Shown in pieces: positions 40,341 to 52,072 of a stretch of DNA of 64,000 nucleotides. Origin of the DNA: Hormiphora californensis (taxonomy: Eukaryota > Animalia > Ctenophora); the NCBI GenBank assembly GCA_020137815.1, contig CM035357.1, positions 1,240,001 to 1,304,000 on the forward strand, in the 5' to 3' direction. The notes below the pieces were generated by a model. It was not told the DNA's origin and did no database searches. It was given only the letters and a program-made list of their open reading frames with translations. Made by a program: the position numbers and the translations under genes. Each line of letters opens with the position of its first letter. The first letter of the stretch is position 1.

Positions 40341-41785
40341 CAAATTCAAATTCAAATTCAAATTCAAATAAATTACACACAATACAAACATAAAGTGCAG
40401 AAATTCCCATCTCGTGGGTCCTCCTTTGTCAAATTGTCTATTTACAGTCTCTAACTCAAAGTAAAACACAAACAGCGTCAGCAGCAAGCAACAATTACAG
40501 CTTCACACAACGCTCTTCCTTTCTGCCTCTCTGAACTCATTAAGGACCGTCACATAGCCACGCACCGGTGGTCTGTCATGGAATTCCTTCATGAACGCAC
40601 CAAGGTTTGCCTTGAACCCGGGAAGTGTTTCTGAACGATTAACCTCTCTAGGGAGTTTGTTCCATAACCGAGGTGCCCTGAAGCTGAAGGAGTTATATAG
40701 TTGGCTGGCCCGTTTGGCTTCTGCCCAGTACGGATATTTCTGGGTTTTCGCCTGTACTCCCAACCGACCCGTCTGGAACTCCATTTCAACACAATTGGGG
40801 ACAAGGCCCTGATAGATCTTCCAAACATGGATTAACTCATACCTTTGGCGTCTCCTTTGAAGGGACATGAGGTCAAGCGCCTCAAGACGCTGCCAATAGT
40901 CCAGATCCTTCATCCCTTGTATCTTCCGGATGAACGCCCGTTGAACGTTTTCCACCGCCTGGATATCTCCGATTTTGGTTGGATACCACACCAGGCAACA
41001 ATATTCCAGTATGGGTCGAACTAACGCCTTGTACAAGGTTAGTAGTACTTCTGGTGTCCTACTCCTGAATGCACAGAATATCCACCCTGAAATCATGTTA
41101 GCTCTCCTCACAATATCGCCAATATGATGAGTCCATGTACCATCTGCAGATAGCCAGACCCCCAAGTCCTTTACATGCTGCTCTGGATCGACCACGGTTC
41201 CTCCCATTGTAACATATGATAACGTTTCTGCAGTGAAGGGCAGTTCTCTCAACAGCTTTGACCTACCAAGCGAATAATTAACCAGTTGAAACTTATCTTC
41301 GTGGAGTTTCATGTTGTTGTTGACTGACCACCGAGTCACACTTCCTAGGTCCTTTTGAAGTTCAGCCTGGTCAAGTAGTGTCCGTATAACTTGTATGAGT
41401 TTCGTGTCGTCAGCAAAAGACAAGGCGTCGGCGCTTAGCAAAGACTCTTTCAAGTCAATTACGTAGAAAATAAACAAGATAGGTCCAAGCACGCTTCCTT
41501 GGATAACACTGCTTATGACCCATTCCCACCGCGACTGCTCACCATCCACTAGTACTGCTTGCTTCCTATTGGTGAGGAATTCCTTTATCCAAGCAAGTAG
41601 CTTTCCTCTCACCCCATACTTCTGTAACTTTCGCAGTAAGACCCCGATATCAACTCGGTCGAAGGCTTTTTGAAAGTCTAGGTACAGAACATCGACTTCA
41701 TTGTTGTCCGTCAAATGTTTGAGAACCCTATCGATATGTGCGAGAAGATGGGTCATCGTACTTCTCCCTTTCCTGAATCCATGTT
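40341..41785 (-). mobile_element. 5'-truncated CR1-group LINE: RT ORF open to the stop at 40503, 3' UTR, (TTTGAA)n tail
   Basis: QHGFRKGRST, LDFQKAFDRV, QGSVLGPILF, FADDTK, LVRPILEY; candidate TSD GACCAT (40335-40340, 41786-41791). Confidence 0.9.
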
Positions 41786-41798
41786 GACCATTACAGTG

Positions 41799-42097
41799 CA
41801 GCGTTAAAATCTGGGTGTTTGCCGTTTGGAATGTCAGCAATCACGGTTTTGTAGGGTTAGGGCCGCAAAGTAGGGTTAGGGTTAGGGGTAGGGTTGGGGT
41901 TTAGGTTGGGGTTTAGGTTGGGGTTTAGGTTGGGGTTAGGCCTTGACAGTTGACATTTCCTATCAGATACACTTTGGATTAGCCAAAACGGTTGAGTGGT
42001 TTGGCGGTTAGAGGCATTTTAGTGCAGGGTACTTTTTGGCAGCATGCACCTGTAAACAGGCCACCAAACGTCCAAACACCCAGATCGTAACGGCCCC
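41799..42097 (-). mobile_element. Family B copy 3 (inverted) with expanded TTAGGG-like repeats
   Basis: Same internal sequence as copies 1 and 2; TAGGGTTAGGGTTAGGGG...(TTGGGGTTTAGG)n. Confidence 0.75.
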
Positions 42098-42229
42098 ATA
42101 CGGTTAGTGGCTACCCCTGTCTCTCTTTGGCATCCTCTCCTCGGCTGTTGAAAAGTAATGCCAATCGGTGCAGTGTTGGGGTTGTATTTTCAGAATAAAC
42201 CATCCACGGAGTAAGTTTAAATTTAATGC

Positions 42230-45200
42230 TACTGACCCTTTGAAAAAGGGCCCCCTTTATAAACAAAAAGTTTTATCTTCCCGATCCCGGAAGTTTTTTT
42301 AGGAGCCGAAAAAACAACTTTCTTGAGCGGGGCTTAAGAAACTATGATCCAAGCCTCCTTTTTTTGGGCCACCGCACACCAATTATAGTGGTCCTGACTA
42401 GAGAGATGGAGAGAGGGATACAACAATTATTTCTCTCCTAGCAAGTTTCCGTGGTGAAACATGAATATAGGTAGAATGTGAAACCTGCACTACAAAAACT
42501 GGAAAGATGTTGGGCCAGGAAACGAGAACAATAATTGGGGCATGCTTTCATTGCTCCATAAATAGGTGAGTTGTATTTATTGCTAGTGATCAGCTGTCTG
42601 TGGTCTGGAAGAGGAACCCCCCTCCCCTGCTCAACCAGGCAATCAGTGGCCTGGATTTCTAAATTCTGGCCTCGCTATACGCTCGACGTCACCATCACTC
42701 CCTTATCACAATCAGGTTTAAAAATTTCCAATTCCCCATCCTTCGTATTTTTTTCAAAACTGCCCGGAAAAATTTGCATGTTTTTGACGTCAGCCCCCCC
42801 AAAATTAAACCCGAAACAGTGCAGTTTCATATTCATCTTCCTCAGCTTTTTTAAAAAAAAATTTTTTTCTTTTTTTCTCTTTTCTCCCCCTTTTTCCCTT
42901 TTCCCCCCCCCTTCCTTTTTCCCCCTCCTTTTTTTTTCCTCCCTCTCCCCCCTCTCTCTCTCTCCCTCCCCTTTTTCTTCCTTTTCTCCTCTTCTCTTCC
43001 CCCTCCTCTCTCCCCCTCCCCCCCTCCCTTCTTTTGTTTTCCCTTTTCCCCCCCCTTTGGGTTTTTTCTTTCCCTTTTTCCCCCCCTTTTTTCCCCCCCT
43101 TTCCCCTTTTCAAAGGGATTTCTCCTCCTCTCCCTTTTCCTTTTCATCCTCAATTTTTTCCCCCTTTTTTTTTCATTTTTCCCTTCTCCCCAGGAAAAAA
43201 TTTCCCCCCTTTTTTAGGGCCCCTTCTCAAAAATTTAACGGGGGGAAAGGGGGCCCCCCCCAAAAATTTTTGGGGCCGCTGGGGGGGGGGAAAGCTTTTT
43301 TAGGGGGAAAACCCCTTTTTGGGGGGGAAAAAAAAAAAGGGAAAATGGGGAAAAAAAAAACCCCAAAAAGGGGGGGAAAAATTTTTTTTGGGGGGGGGGG
43401 AAAAAACGGGCCCCCCCGGGGGCCCCAAAAGGATTTTGAGGGCCCTTTTTTTTTTTTTCCCCCCCAACCCCTTTTTTTTTTCCCCCTTTCTTTAAAATGG
43501 GGGGGCCCCTTTTAAACCCCCTTTTTTTTTTTGGGGGGTTTTCCGGGGAAGAAAAAATAAGGGGGGGGAAAAAAAGAAAAGAGGGTGTTTGTTAAAAAAA
43601 AACAAGCAGGGATTCGGGGGGGCCCAAGAAAAGGATATTTTAAAAACCCCAAAAAAAAAAAAAGGGAAAAAGAAAGGGAGGGGGGAAAAAAAAATAACTT
43701 TTGTTCCCCTTCACTAAACACTTTTCTGCCCCCTTTTCTTCCCTTTAAAAACCTTTTCGGGGCCGGGGGAAAAACAAAAAGGGTTTTCAAGGCTGTCCGG
43801 GGGGTTTTTTAAAAACCCCAAGGGCGAAAAGGGAAAGGATTTTAAACTTTTGGGGCCCAATTTTCTTCTGCCTGGTTTTTACTCAAAAAATTTTCCCTTG
43901 TAAATAAAACTTTTCCCCTTTTTTTTCCCTTTGTTTAAAATTTTTTTAAAAAAAAAAACCCCCCCCCACGAAAATCTTTTTTAAAATCTTTGCCTTTTCC
44001 CTTTTTCTGGGCCCTTTCAATGGAAAATTATTTCCTTTTACCCCCCTATTTTTTCAGTTGCATGAAAACCCCCAGAAAATCGTAAATTTCTCAGACCCCT
44101 TTTCTCCCTTTCTGTAAATTGCCCCCTCACCCCTATTTCCCCCCTATCTCACTTTTTCCCCGGCGGCCGGTTCCGGCTGGGGGTGTTTTTAGCATCCCCC
44201 CACCCCCACCCGTTCCCCCATTCTTTTTTCAGCGGGACGACGCTCAGGGAAGGAATTGTGGAGTCGAACTCTCCGGGAATTAAGCTCAATTGGTCACAGG
44301 GCTATAGCAATTGATCTACCAGGTACAAACTACCCAAGTTATTCACTGATTAACTAATCAGACTTGTTGTTGTTGTAGTTGAGTAGTTGCACAGTCAGAT
44401 TCAAAAAGTTTTGGGTTTGGGAAATCAATTGGGGAAGCGTCTAGAATTACTATGTCTTCGTTCATAAATTTCTCCACTTTTTTAAAAAATCACGGAATGC
44501 TTCTAGAATTTAAGCAATTTTAAAAAAAAGTCTGAAAAGGCCACCTGTCCACGTCCAACACTAAAACCCATATTCTTCATGCAACGCCCCCCAGCTTTTT
44601 TGGATAAAATTTTAAATTTTTTTCTAGGGTTCTATTTTATCCCAAATTTTTGTGATACCCTAGCTATGATAATCAAATTGAGTTAAATGGCTCAATTTTA
44701 ACCCTGTGAAAATTGGTTACAACGATCTTTTTTAACCCTTTTCCACAAACCACCCCGGAAACAACAACCTCAAGAACCCCCCCCCACCCCCCTAAAACCC
44801 CCCCATTTAAAAACCCCCCCTTCTAACCCCCCTTCAATTCGCAGAAAAATTACATAAACCAAAAAAAGCAACTTTTCCAACTGCTTTGGGGTCTGGGGAT
44901 ACGGGGTACTCCCATTTTTGGTAACCGTCCCTCGAGGGGAAAAATCGCTCTGGCCGCTGCTTGAGAAAAATAGTGAAAGGTTGGGAAATTTACCAAAATT
45001 CTTAAAACATAAATTTGGCCAAAAATTGTGACTTTTTTTTTTTCTCGAAAAACACAAAATTCGCAAATTAAAAAACCCCAAACCCCCTTTTTTTCTCCGG
45101 GTTTGGTTCGGGTTCACCTGCCACCTTCCTCCTCCCCCCTCCCCCCCTTTTTCCCCCCTTCGGTGAACGAGTTTTAAAATCGAGCCCCCTCGCGAGAAGC

Positions 45201-45700
45201 CCTTGCGATGGTAGGGTATCCGTTGGTTTGGGGGGGGGCGAAATAAAATCACCCTAAGGGCCTGCAAACCCTGGAAATAGGTACGGAATTACGTTGGAGA
45301 CCCAAACTGCTGGGTGAACTTTTGGGAGAGTCAACGCTGGGGAGGGATTGTGCCACACCTTCTCTAAAACTCTTATTTGTTGATCGGGGAACATTGCTCC
45401 TTGATAAAATTTGACTTGTTGGAACCTTGTTCCCTTGATAGAAAAGGCCGACATGGTTTCCCCTTATAATATTTTTCTCTAAATGCATTGGTGAAAAATT
45501 TTTGTGCTGTAGAGTGGGAAAGGGGGGATCTGAAATTCCAAGGGACGACTGAATTAGAAAAATGAGTTTTATCACAGTTTAAAATTGAGGGGGAGGGGGG
45601 TTAAAGGGAAATGAGAGAGAAAGAGGAGTTTGTTTTTTTTGAGAGGAAGATAAAAAAGGGGAGATTTTTTGGGGCGTGTTTGAGGGGAGAGTTGAAAGAG
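42230..45700. other. Probable low-accuracy consensus (homopolymer-inflated) region
   Basis: Alternating runs of A, C, G and T with no periodic unit, worst at 42840-44050 and 44770-45240. Confidence 0.75.
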
Positions 45701-45867
45701 TTGATGCTGCACATTTTCGCTGGTACTGTAGAGAGTGTGGGTGGAAAACTCGCCCACGCTCAAGGCCAAGTGTGTTGGACCGATTTATATGTTACAGCAA
45801 ACTCTCATTAATATCTAACCGAAATTGCTCTGTGTCTATTACTTTGTTAAATCTCTGCGCCAATAAC

Positions 45868-46780
45868 ATGACTGAAGAAGTACCTCCAAAAGTTGGTGAG
45901 TGTCTGCAGCTAGTGCATCATATCACTCACGAGCACTTGACACCAGTACCGACCATATCGCATTGTATTTCTAGTCTTTAGGGTCCTCCAACCCGCTGTC
46001 AGGCCAATGCTCTGACCACAGTTCTCGCGCTCGGCCTGAGAGAAACGAGAATGGGTCAGGCCAATGCTCTGACAGCCAACCCGGCACTCGTTTGGAGTCT
46101 CATACCGTTTAAAAAGTACGCTTATCATTCCTTGATACCTGGAGCGACTTCGATCTTGCACTGGTGTCTATATGAATCACCAATTTCATGACACTGTTAT
46201 TCCAAGTCTCCAAATATTCCATCTTAGATATCGATACTACTTTGTTCCCAGTCTCATAACATATGTTCCCAGTCTCATTACATATGTTCCCAGTCTCATT
46301 ACATCTGTTCCCAGTCTCACTAATATTAATACATAATGTTTCTCAATCCCCCCTCCAGATGCCCCTGAGGATGTTGAGACCGACGGAAAGGGAGAGGGAG
46401 GCCGAGGAGGCAGGGGTGGTCGAGGAGGTCGGGGAGGTCGAGGTGGTCGAGGAGGTGCTAAGGAGGGTGGTGAGAGTCCCGAGCATGGTGGTGGACGGGG
46501 ACGTGGTGGACGGGGTCGTGGAGCTGGACGAGGTGATCCTGAGAACCCAGAAGATGTAGAGAAGGATGGGAAGGAAAGTGGAAGGGGCGGTGCTCGAGGA
46601 GGTAGGGGAGGTGAGGGTGGTAGGGGAGGAAAGGGAGGTCGAGGAGGTAAAGCAGGTGAAGGAGGCGAGGGTGCTGGTGGACGAGGAGGAAAGGGAGAGG
46701 GACGAGGGGGGCGAGGAGGGCGAGGCGGTAGGGGAGGCAAAGGAGCAGAGGGAGAGGCTCCCCCTCCTCCTAAAGAGTAG
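45868..46780 (+). CDS. Two-exon 149-aa RGG/Gly-rich low-complexity protein (exons 45868-45895 and 46359-46780)
   Basis: ATG...GTTG|GTGAGT donor, CCCTCCAG|AT acceptor, matching phase, 450 nt ending TAG; varied Gly/Arg codons. Confidence 0.75.
46243..46319. repeat. 21-bp tandem repeat (~3.7 copies) in the intron of the RGG gene
   Basis: TGTTCCCAGTCTCATTACATA unit. Confidence 0.9.
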
Positions 46781-47200
46781 AAACCCCGGACATTTGTTGT
46801 ATAAAACTTGATTTATTTAAATAATATTTTGATTTTGTGAAACGAATCAGTTTACAATTTGTCGCGGTCAACTGATCGGATGGATTGGATGGTTTGGAAT
46901 GAAAGGTCTGGTGAGGGAACGATTATAATTTTTACTTTGAAATAAAAATAAATGAATTCCATGCATAAATATACAGCATTATATCTACATGCTAGATAAC
47001 ATGATATCCTGTATCAATAGAGTAATAGACTTGTATGCCATTCCATTTCCATGTAAATCTTCTTCTTATAATTATCTCTCCGGTGATACTTATATTATCT
47101 ATCTAGATTCTAAATAGTTTCAGCAATAGAGTTTATGAACATGTTGAAGCTCACATGTTGAAGCTCATATGACACACAGATCAGCATTTCAAAGCTCAAA

Positions 47201-49143
47201 TCACGGTTGTGACTCCGCGGTGGCATTCTCTTCCTTCTTCTCGACATATTTCTCTTCATTTCGCTCCTTGTGTATATCAATGAACAGGTAGTGAATGAAC
47301 ACACCCAGGACTCCCCCGATAATTGGTCCAATTACAGGGACCCAGAAGTAGTAGTTACCAGCACTGAAACAATTAGGAATTATTAACCAGTTAACAATGA
47401 TGTTTTAGCATTATATCCCCCCCCCTGATATCTGGGTTTTATGAACTAGATAATCAGTTTACACTGATTCATTTTTGAGAAGCCTACGGATTTGGCTTTT
47501 TTCCAGAAATAGAGTAACACTGACTAATGCCCAGATAATAATTAGATCATCAGAATTGAAATGATAGCTCAGAAAATGCCATTTCTATTTTCTCAACCAT
47601 AGTTTTTTGTGATCGTATTTTATTTCTGGCCCACTTTATTGAGTTAAGCTTTCAGTAACTGGTCATTAGCTATTCTATCGTTGAAAAACTCAAAATGAAT
47701 CACCGTAATCGTGCGGTATCGATAGAAACACTTCTTGATTCAGAATTGCAGGGGTATAAATAGATTTGGAAAGACAACTCGATAGTTTGTTGTGGTCGGT
47801 AAATCAATCTAATCTACCTGAAATCAAGACATTATTCAGTACTCTCACCTAAACGTATCATCATATCCGAATATGGCAGTCGCAATCCTGGGAGCAAAAT
47901 CCCTGGCAGGGTTTATGGGGTATCCACAATTAGTTCCAAACGATACCCCAACGGATGTGACACACAGACCCACCATGATAGGAGCGATACCAGGGGCAAG
48001 TTTGGACGTGGTTACGGAGCAAACTACAATTAGTAGAATTGCAGTTCCAACTATCTGATCGAATAGTTGATTAAGAGTTCCCGTGTCTTTGTTTGGGTAG
48101 GTGGCGAAGATTCCTTTGAGGTCTGTAGTATCATCATCAATCAGTGAACCGTCATTTTTTAGCCGGTCTGAAGGAAGTGGGTCATTGAGTTACCGCGGTA
48201 CCATTATGGTAGGACGAGTTTGGTATCGTTGGGCACGTTGCCCCTAGTGGTATTGTGACTCTTTAATTTCTCTTGGTGCTCGAACAAGCTGAGATTCGAT
48301 CGGAATTGTCTCAAAAGCACGTGGCACAACTCACCATAGTATACCAGAAAGAGCACGAACGCAGAAAGGAAGCCTCCTAAAAACTGGGCTGTCAGGTATT
48401 TCGGTATTTTCCTCCAGTCGAACCGACAGAATGAGGCTAGTCCGATTGTAACAGCAGGATTCATGTGTGCTCCACTCGCCTGAAATGCATCCGAATTTAC
48501 TAAACTATCCGCACTAGACATTTGAATACTTTTTTTGTAGAACGAACACAGTTTTAGTCAAATGGCTCAAATTAGGAAATCTTTCACTTCATCTCCACAT
48601 GTAGCTAGAATTATCGCTCTCGCTCATAAAATATAGATAGTAAAGATACCTCTCCGGCAATTAGAACTCCCAAGAGGACAGCCAACCCATATCCGATATT
48701 GATTGAAAGGAACGGTTCACTGCCAAGTAGTTTGTTTTGGGCAATAGCTCCATTTCCAATGAGCTGAAAAGAAGGGCCTGCTAAAACTTGCATGAAATAT
48801 GCTGATAGATCATGTTGTTGCCTTACAAGAGAGCTGTCTAGCGTCACCAACCCGATCTGAGTGCATTGAGAATCAAAACGAGGTCTAGCGGCACCAGACA
48901 GTAAACGAGAACTTATATTCATTTTGTCTTTTGTAACACGAGGTACCGAACGCTTGACACAATTCAACCGAACACACACACAAGAAAACACCGTGCACTT
49001 ACCACAAGCAAATACTGTGCACTTACCACAAGCAGGAAGGTAGATAAGAGCTCTGCGAAGAATTCCTTATCAAAAAAAGATTTAATAACACCCATCACAC
49101 CGCCTTGATTAGGGGGTCCAATATTACAGTACTCGCCTGGCAT
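47201..49143 (-). CDS. Aquaglyceroporin (AQP3/7/9/10-like), 5 coding exons
   Basis: EFFAELLSTFLLV | LIGNGAIAQ...SINIGYGLAV | SGAHMNPAVT | GIFATYP...NCGYPINPARDFAPR | YFWVPVIGPIIGG; the second motif NPARD indicates the glycerol-facilitator type. Confidence 0.93.
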
Positions 49144-50048
49144 TACAAATCACACGCTGATCACACAGCAAACAAAAACAAGAGTTGGACGAATGACAGG
49201 GTCGCGGCAAGATGAAATAAGGATCATCGTATTGATTTCATTGGGGTGCGAATAAAAGTTATTATGCAACATGATATGCGATCAGTAGTATGCTATGTCT
49301 CGAGACATGTATTCATTTTTGGAATCCTAACAACAAGAAATGCATTCTTATATTCGTTTAGAATGTAACTAAATTATGTAACCTGAATATTCTATCATAA
49401 CACTGATGAAATTATCATAGGACCAGGAATGGAAAAATTTGATAAATAGAGGCAAGTTTTGCACTAGCATTGCTTCTGTCTTGGTTTATCACGCATGATA
49501 ATATGACATGTCGAAATAGTAATGGAATGCAATATGTGATTAATTTGAAGAACTAGCGAAATCCGAGTTGTAATCATTGGGATTAGTTTTGTGAACGTGG
49601 TCAATGATCAGTGAATGATGAAACTGAAGGAAAATTGAGATCATTGTGGCTACCGATTGGGTTGGCCACATTGATACCTGAGTGAGATCAACGTCGCACG
49701 CGACTGAGATCGATCTCACATACATTCTCACATATTCTTAGCGGAGCGAGAATAGGTTGCAATGGAGCCAACCTATTGTGTTGGTGAGTGGTGGGCCAAT
49801 AGTTCGTACAGAGATTTGTTGAGAATATTTTCAAAGCTCCAAAGCGGCACATCAACATGTAGGTAGCTCTATAATGGTGTTTCAAAAATAAAGATATAGA
49901 CAAATCTGTGAAAATTTGTGAAAAATGAAACTTCAGGAGTGGTGGAATTCTATTTTTAATCACATCAAACAGTGCAGTTTGGAAAATGACTTGTAAAAAA
50001 GGGGACCTAGAAATGAATAAACCCGGCCCAATGGGTGATAAATAAAGG

Positions 50049-50128
<80 letters not shown>

Positions 50129-50129
50129 C

Positions 50130-50228
<99 letters not shown>

Positions 50229-50338
50229 GATGTTTGCATAGTACTGACTCACTCCAACCCTGGACCTCTGAATTGCAGATTTATTCATGTTATTCATCGT
50301 TTACCGATCGCTACAATTAGGGTGCTTAGATCGAATAC

Positions 50339-50447
50339 CAGGACCCGACCGAATCAGGAAAAACTGGTCCCTGATTGGCTGATGACCAGTCACGTGACCT
50401 AAATAACGAGTTCTGATTGGCTGTTTACTCGTGTCGGTCGGTTCCTG
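50339..50447 (-). mobile_element. hAT-type MITE, copy 4 (inverted)
   Basis: Same family; 8-bp TSD TCGAATAC (50331-50338, 50448-50455). Confidence 0.9.
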
Positions 50448-50772
50448 TCGAATACCCTCAAATACCTGCTCTGACAAGAGACAGAGACAGGGTGCTTCGA
50501 ATATCATTAGGAATTACTGAATATGCTGGTGCTTAGTATTTGATTAGTGTTGATCAACCGAAAGGGTGGCATTATTAATGTAGTGATGTTTCGAAGCTGA
50601 CTCGATCTCAGCAGTTGAGCACACTGTCGCAAATCAAAACGGGGTCTGGCACCACCAGACAGACAACTAATAGTAAGACAGAGAAAGAGAATATATATTT
50701 TATTCCCATAGAAACTCATGCAGGTGGCATTCCCTAGTAATAAGGTGAAAATATACGGTGCTGGTATATGGT

Positions 50773-50864
50773 ACTGCATCGGGCCCCGATTTACCGGGAT
50801 CGGAAGCTCGGGGAAAGGGTTTTGACCGGTGAATCGGGGTGCCCGGTAAATCGGGGTCCGACTG
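50773..50864. mobile_element. Short MITE-like relic
   Basis: Inverted CCCCGATTTACCGGG ... CCCGGTAAATCGGGG. Confidence 0.6.
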
Positions 50865-52072
50865 GAGTTCTATTTTAATCTACCCAAGGCACTTTCTGTG
50901 GTCTGGAAAATGAATCAGGCTGGAGAATTCAATAAAAGGAAAACATGAAAAATGGAAAGGAAAAATGATATTATTTGCGTGACCCATGCTCGGCACTAAC
51001 CCCAGGCCAGTAATCATATTATATCGGATAGATTACAGTAGACATACCGGGTAGTAACAACCCCTGAAATATAATGCTCCTGCATTGTTAAAACACGATT
51101 GTGCCCCAGTAAACTCCCCGGATATAGACTTTACTGTTATAATAAGGGAGTTTTAACTGTGATGAATGTGCTGCAGGAGATGAGGTGTGATATGTTTGTT
51201 ACTGGGTTGCTGCAGCACGGTATACTAGTAGAGAGTGATGGGTTAAACGGATCACAATGGTCAAATCAAACCCACATTATCCCTTTTTTCGGGTACTATG
51301 CGTATTAACGGTGTACCCCAAGTCGACCCGTACTATTATTTGATACAGGAACCCTCACACAAACCTACTGGAAGGGAGAGTAGTGGACAATACTGCAACC
51401 CACATCTGTCAGGCCAATGCTCTGACCGCGGTTCTCTCTGACAGAACCATATTGCCAGTCTGCGATTGGAAATGTCACACGTTTCGTAAAGAATCTCCTG
51501 CGCGCGGTCGACAAATTAGTTTTGAGTAGTCATTTCCGCGCAAAATTCCCACGCTCGCTGTCACCGTGGGAATTTTGTTAATCCAAATGATTAAAGTCGA
51601 ATTTTTTAATCAAACCGATTCTCTCATCCCCATTTAATTCCCCAAATTAAATTGGGTGATTGTTGATTCTTGGTCCATGATACCCCTGATTGAAATAGCC
51701 GAATCTACCGTTGACGATAATAAATTTGGCTACCCGTTTAGAAGAAAACACAGAAAAGAGGGTGGTCTACTGGCCTGTATGCTCAGATGGGGTCGCGGCG
51801 CCAGACAGAGGGTAGCCAAACTTAACAATTTTCAAAACACGTTATCTTTCCAACTAAAAGAAGGTGTTTACATATTTACAATCTTATAACAAAGAGCTTT
51901 TTTACATTTCCTGAACGTACAAAAAACACACGTATCATGTTTGTGACATGTTCATTTACACGCTTATTTACACACTCTTAGTCTTTCCAAATTGTTTCTA
52001 CTTGTCTCTCTATAAATCTCTCTTTTCTGTAATAAGTTATTGGTTTGGGGGGTCGAGGTTAGGTGTCCGGTA

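Noticed and set aside
42571-43812. Phe/Pro/Lys/Gly-rich ORFs
   Set aside because: Translations of homopolymer runs (TTT, CCC, AAA, GGG) in probable low-quality sequence.
46237-46740. Minus-strand Pro/Arg-rich 167-aa ORF
   Set aside because: Antisense of the RGG exon; splice signals, start and stop support the plus strand.
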